In this document: positions 62,601-64,000 of the stretch, in pieces
Layout: every line of letters begins with the position of its first letter
Numbering within the stretch: the first letter of the stretch is position 1
Assembly: GCA_051362555.1 (NCBI GenBank)
Contig: CM120645.1
Coordinates: 18,538,001-18,602,000 of the forward strand
Direction of reading: 5' to 3'
Length of the DNA stretch: 64,000 nucleotides
From: Lingula anatina
Lineage: Eukaryota; Animalia; Brachiopoda
The notes under the pieces: model-generated
Told to the model about the DNA's origin: nothing
Database searches by the model: none
The model's input: the letters and a program-made list of their open reading frames with translations, nothing else
Program-made: the position numbers and the translations under genes

Positions 62601-62872
62601 GCTATACTGCATTTCTACTGCAAATATGCTCCACACCACTACTGCGTTAATGCTTCTTTGCTACTTCGATACTACTGCATTTTCATGCGGGCAGGGTCTA
62701 CGCGAGAGTTAATGGCGTTGTTCTGGAGGGGGCACTCCAAGGAAGCAAACCTCCAAGAAATGTTCCTGGATAACGACGCAGACCACTTGGCTGTTACAGA
62801 GACGCCGGAGATACTGGCTATGCTGCCTAACTATAAAGACAAGGACGTGGTAGAGCTTGGAGCTGGAATTGG
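59614..62872 (+). CDS. PMT: Phosphoethanolamine N-methyltransferase (PEAMT/PMT), 5' part; continues beyond the window
   Basis: Exon 59614-59644 (MSSEEEASAT, CAG|GTAAGT) joins in phase 1 to exon 62695-62872: ...FWRGHSKEANLQEMFLDNDADHLAVTETPEILAMLPNYKDKDVVELGAGIG. This matches the PEAMT N-terminus (W.EHS....E.MMLD..A..L...E..E.L..LP...K.VLELGAGIGR, SAM motif I). Confidence 0.88.
60804..61107. mobile_element. Kolobok-like MITE, TTAA TSD, copy 2
   Basis: TTAA|AGGGATAATAACTC ... GAGTTATTATCCCT|TTAA. Confidence 0.85.
62440..62685. repeat. Degenerate ACTACTGC(A)/ATGCTTC subrepeat array just upstream of the PEAMT exon
   Basis: About 8 imperfect TACTGCA and several ATGCT(T/C)C motifs. Probably a decayed transposon subterminal region. 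Confidence 0.5.
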
Positions 62873-64000
62873 GTGTGTGGCATGGCCTGATTGAGCTTTG
62901 AAATATAATTTTAAAATTCTGATTCATAACGAGTACTCTAAACTAGATATCGAAAGTTCCTCAATTTTTATAATCATTGAATCGCAACAAACAAACTAAT
63001 TCTAAAAATTAGTTAACAAAGCAAAGTTACGCACAAAAAGTAAGGCAACTCAAGATAGTCGGCACACTGGACCAAATCAGTGCCAATCTGAACATGAAAG
63101 CTTAGGAAAACTCCATTTTACAAATATTTTAGGCGTTTTACAACATCACTTGCTAAATCTTCCAAGAGTGTCGTAGCTGTTGATTTCATCCAAAACTTTG
63201 TTGAAAAGAATCGAGAGACAAATGGGCATTATGGCAACACGACCTTCACATGTGCTGACGTCACTCAGCTGGATCTGCCTTCTTCCAGGTAAGTTAGCGA
63301 CAGAATCAGACCAAGATCTTAGAGTTCATTCGAACATCTTGTGACACGCATACGTATTACTTTGTGCAAGTATGTTATCCTGGCATAAAGTTATTTGAGA
63401 CGAAGTTTAATGTAATTATTTTTTCAAACTGGCCCAAAGTTTTGTGTCTTAATAATTCACAGGAATTGTCCAATAAGGGGACGTTTAAAATGCGAGTGGG
63501 CGACATTTATCATGGGTCTGTCTCATATTCCTCAGAGGCCTGAAAGTTATGAATATGTGTAGATCCATCGTATAAATATCAACAATGATCAAAGTATAAT
63601 ACGTCAATTACAGTGCTGACGTCATTTTCTCAAATTGGCTTCTGATGTATTTGTCCGATGAGGAAATTGTCACCCTTACTAGGAAAGTGTTGTCATGGTT
63701 AAGGGATGATGGCTACTTCTTTTTTCGGGAGTCGTGCCACCACAGTTCCGGTAGGTTTTTTCATGTTTTTTTAACGTTTACTTTGCTAGGCTTATGGGTT
63801 TTGTGGTGATAAATTTGAATATGGCAATTTAAAAACTCATTTTTTTTTCGATATTTAGTTTTGTAAGTAAATATTTTGATTCAATACATAATTCTGAAGT
63901 CGTGACATTAATGGTAACCAGAACTCGGAACATGTTTAATGATGTTTAGTTAAATGAAATTAAACTGTGGGCAACCCTTCACTAAACAACGCCAATGACA

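Overview
AT-rich, intron-containing animal genomic DNA, probably from a non-insect invertebrate (the phylum cannot be fixed from the sequence). It contains no prokaryotic features. Left to right: (1) the first coding exon of an unidentified minus-strand gene leaving the window; (2) a ~9-10 kb tandem duplication, each unit carrying an intact two-exon gene for an uncharacterised XK-like multi-pass membrane protein with a variable Cys-rich loop, plus decayed remnants of further paralogs; (3) a 5'-incomplete modular serine protease (CBM14 chitin-binding, ABI3BP/FNDC1 C-terminal-like domain, 2 Ig domains, thrombin-like protease); (4) a type I membrane protein with a mucin stalk, 4 sushi/CCP modules and a long disordered tail; (5) UBE2H with a U12-type first intron; (6) ZC3HC1/NIPA, convergent with UBE2H, with an apparent AT-AA minor intron and a GC-AG intron; (7) the 5' part of a phosphoethanolamine N-methyltransferase, head-to-head with ZC3HC1. 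Introns and intergenic DNA hold many MITEs and one LINE fragment. I built all gene models by hand from splice signals and reading-frame phase. Family assignments come from motif recognition, not database searches.
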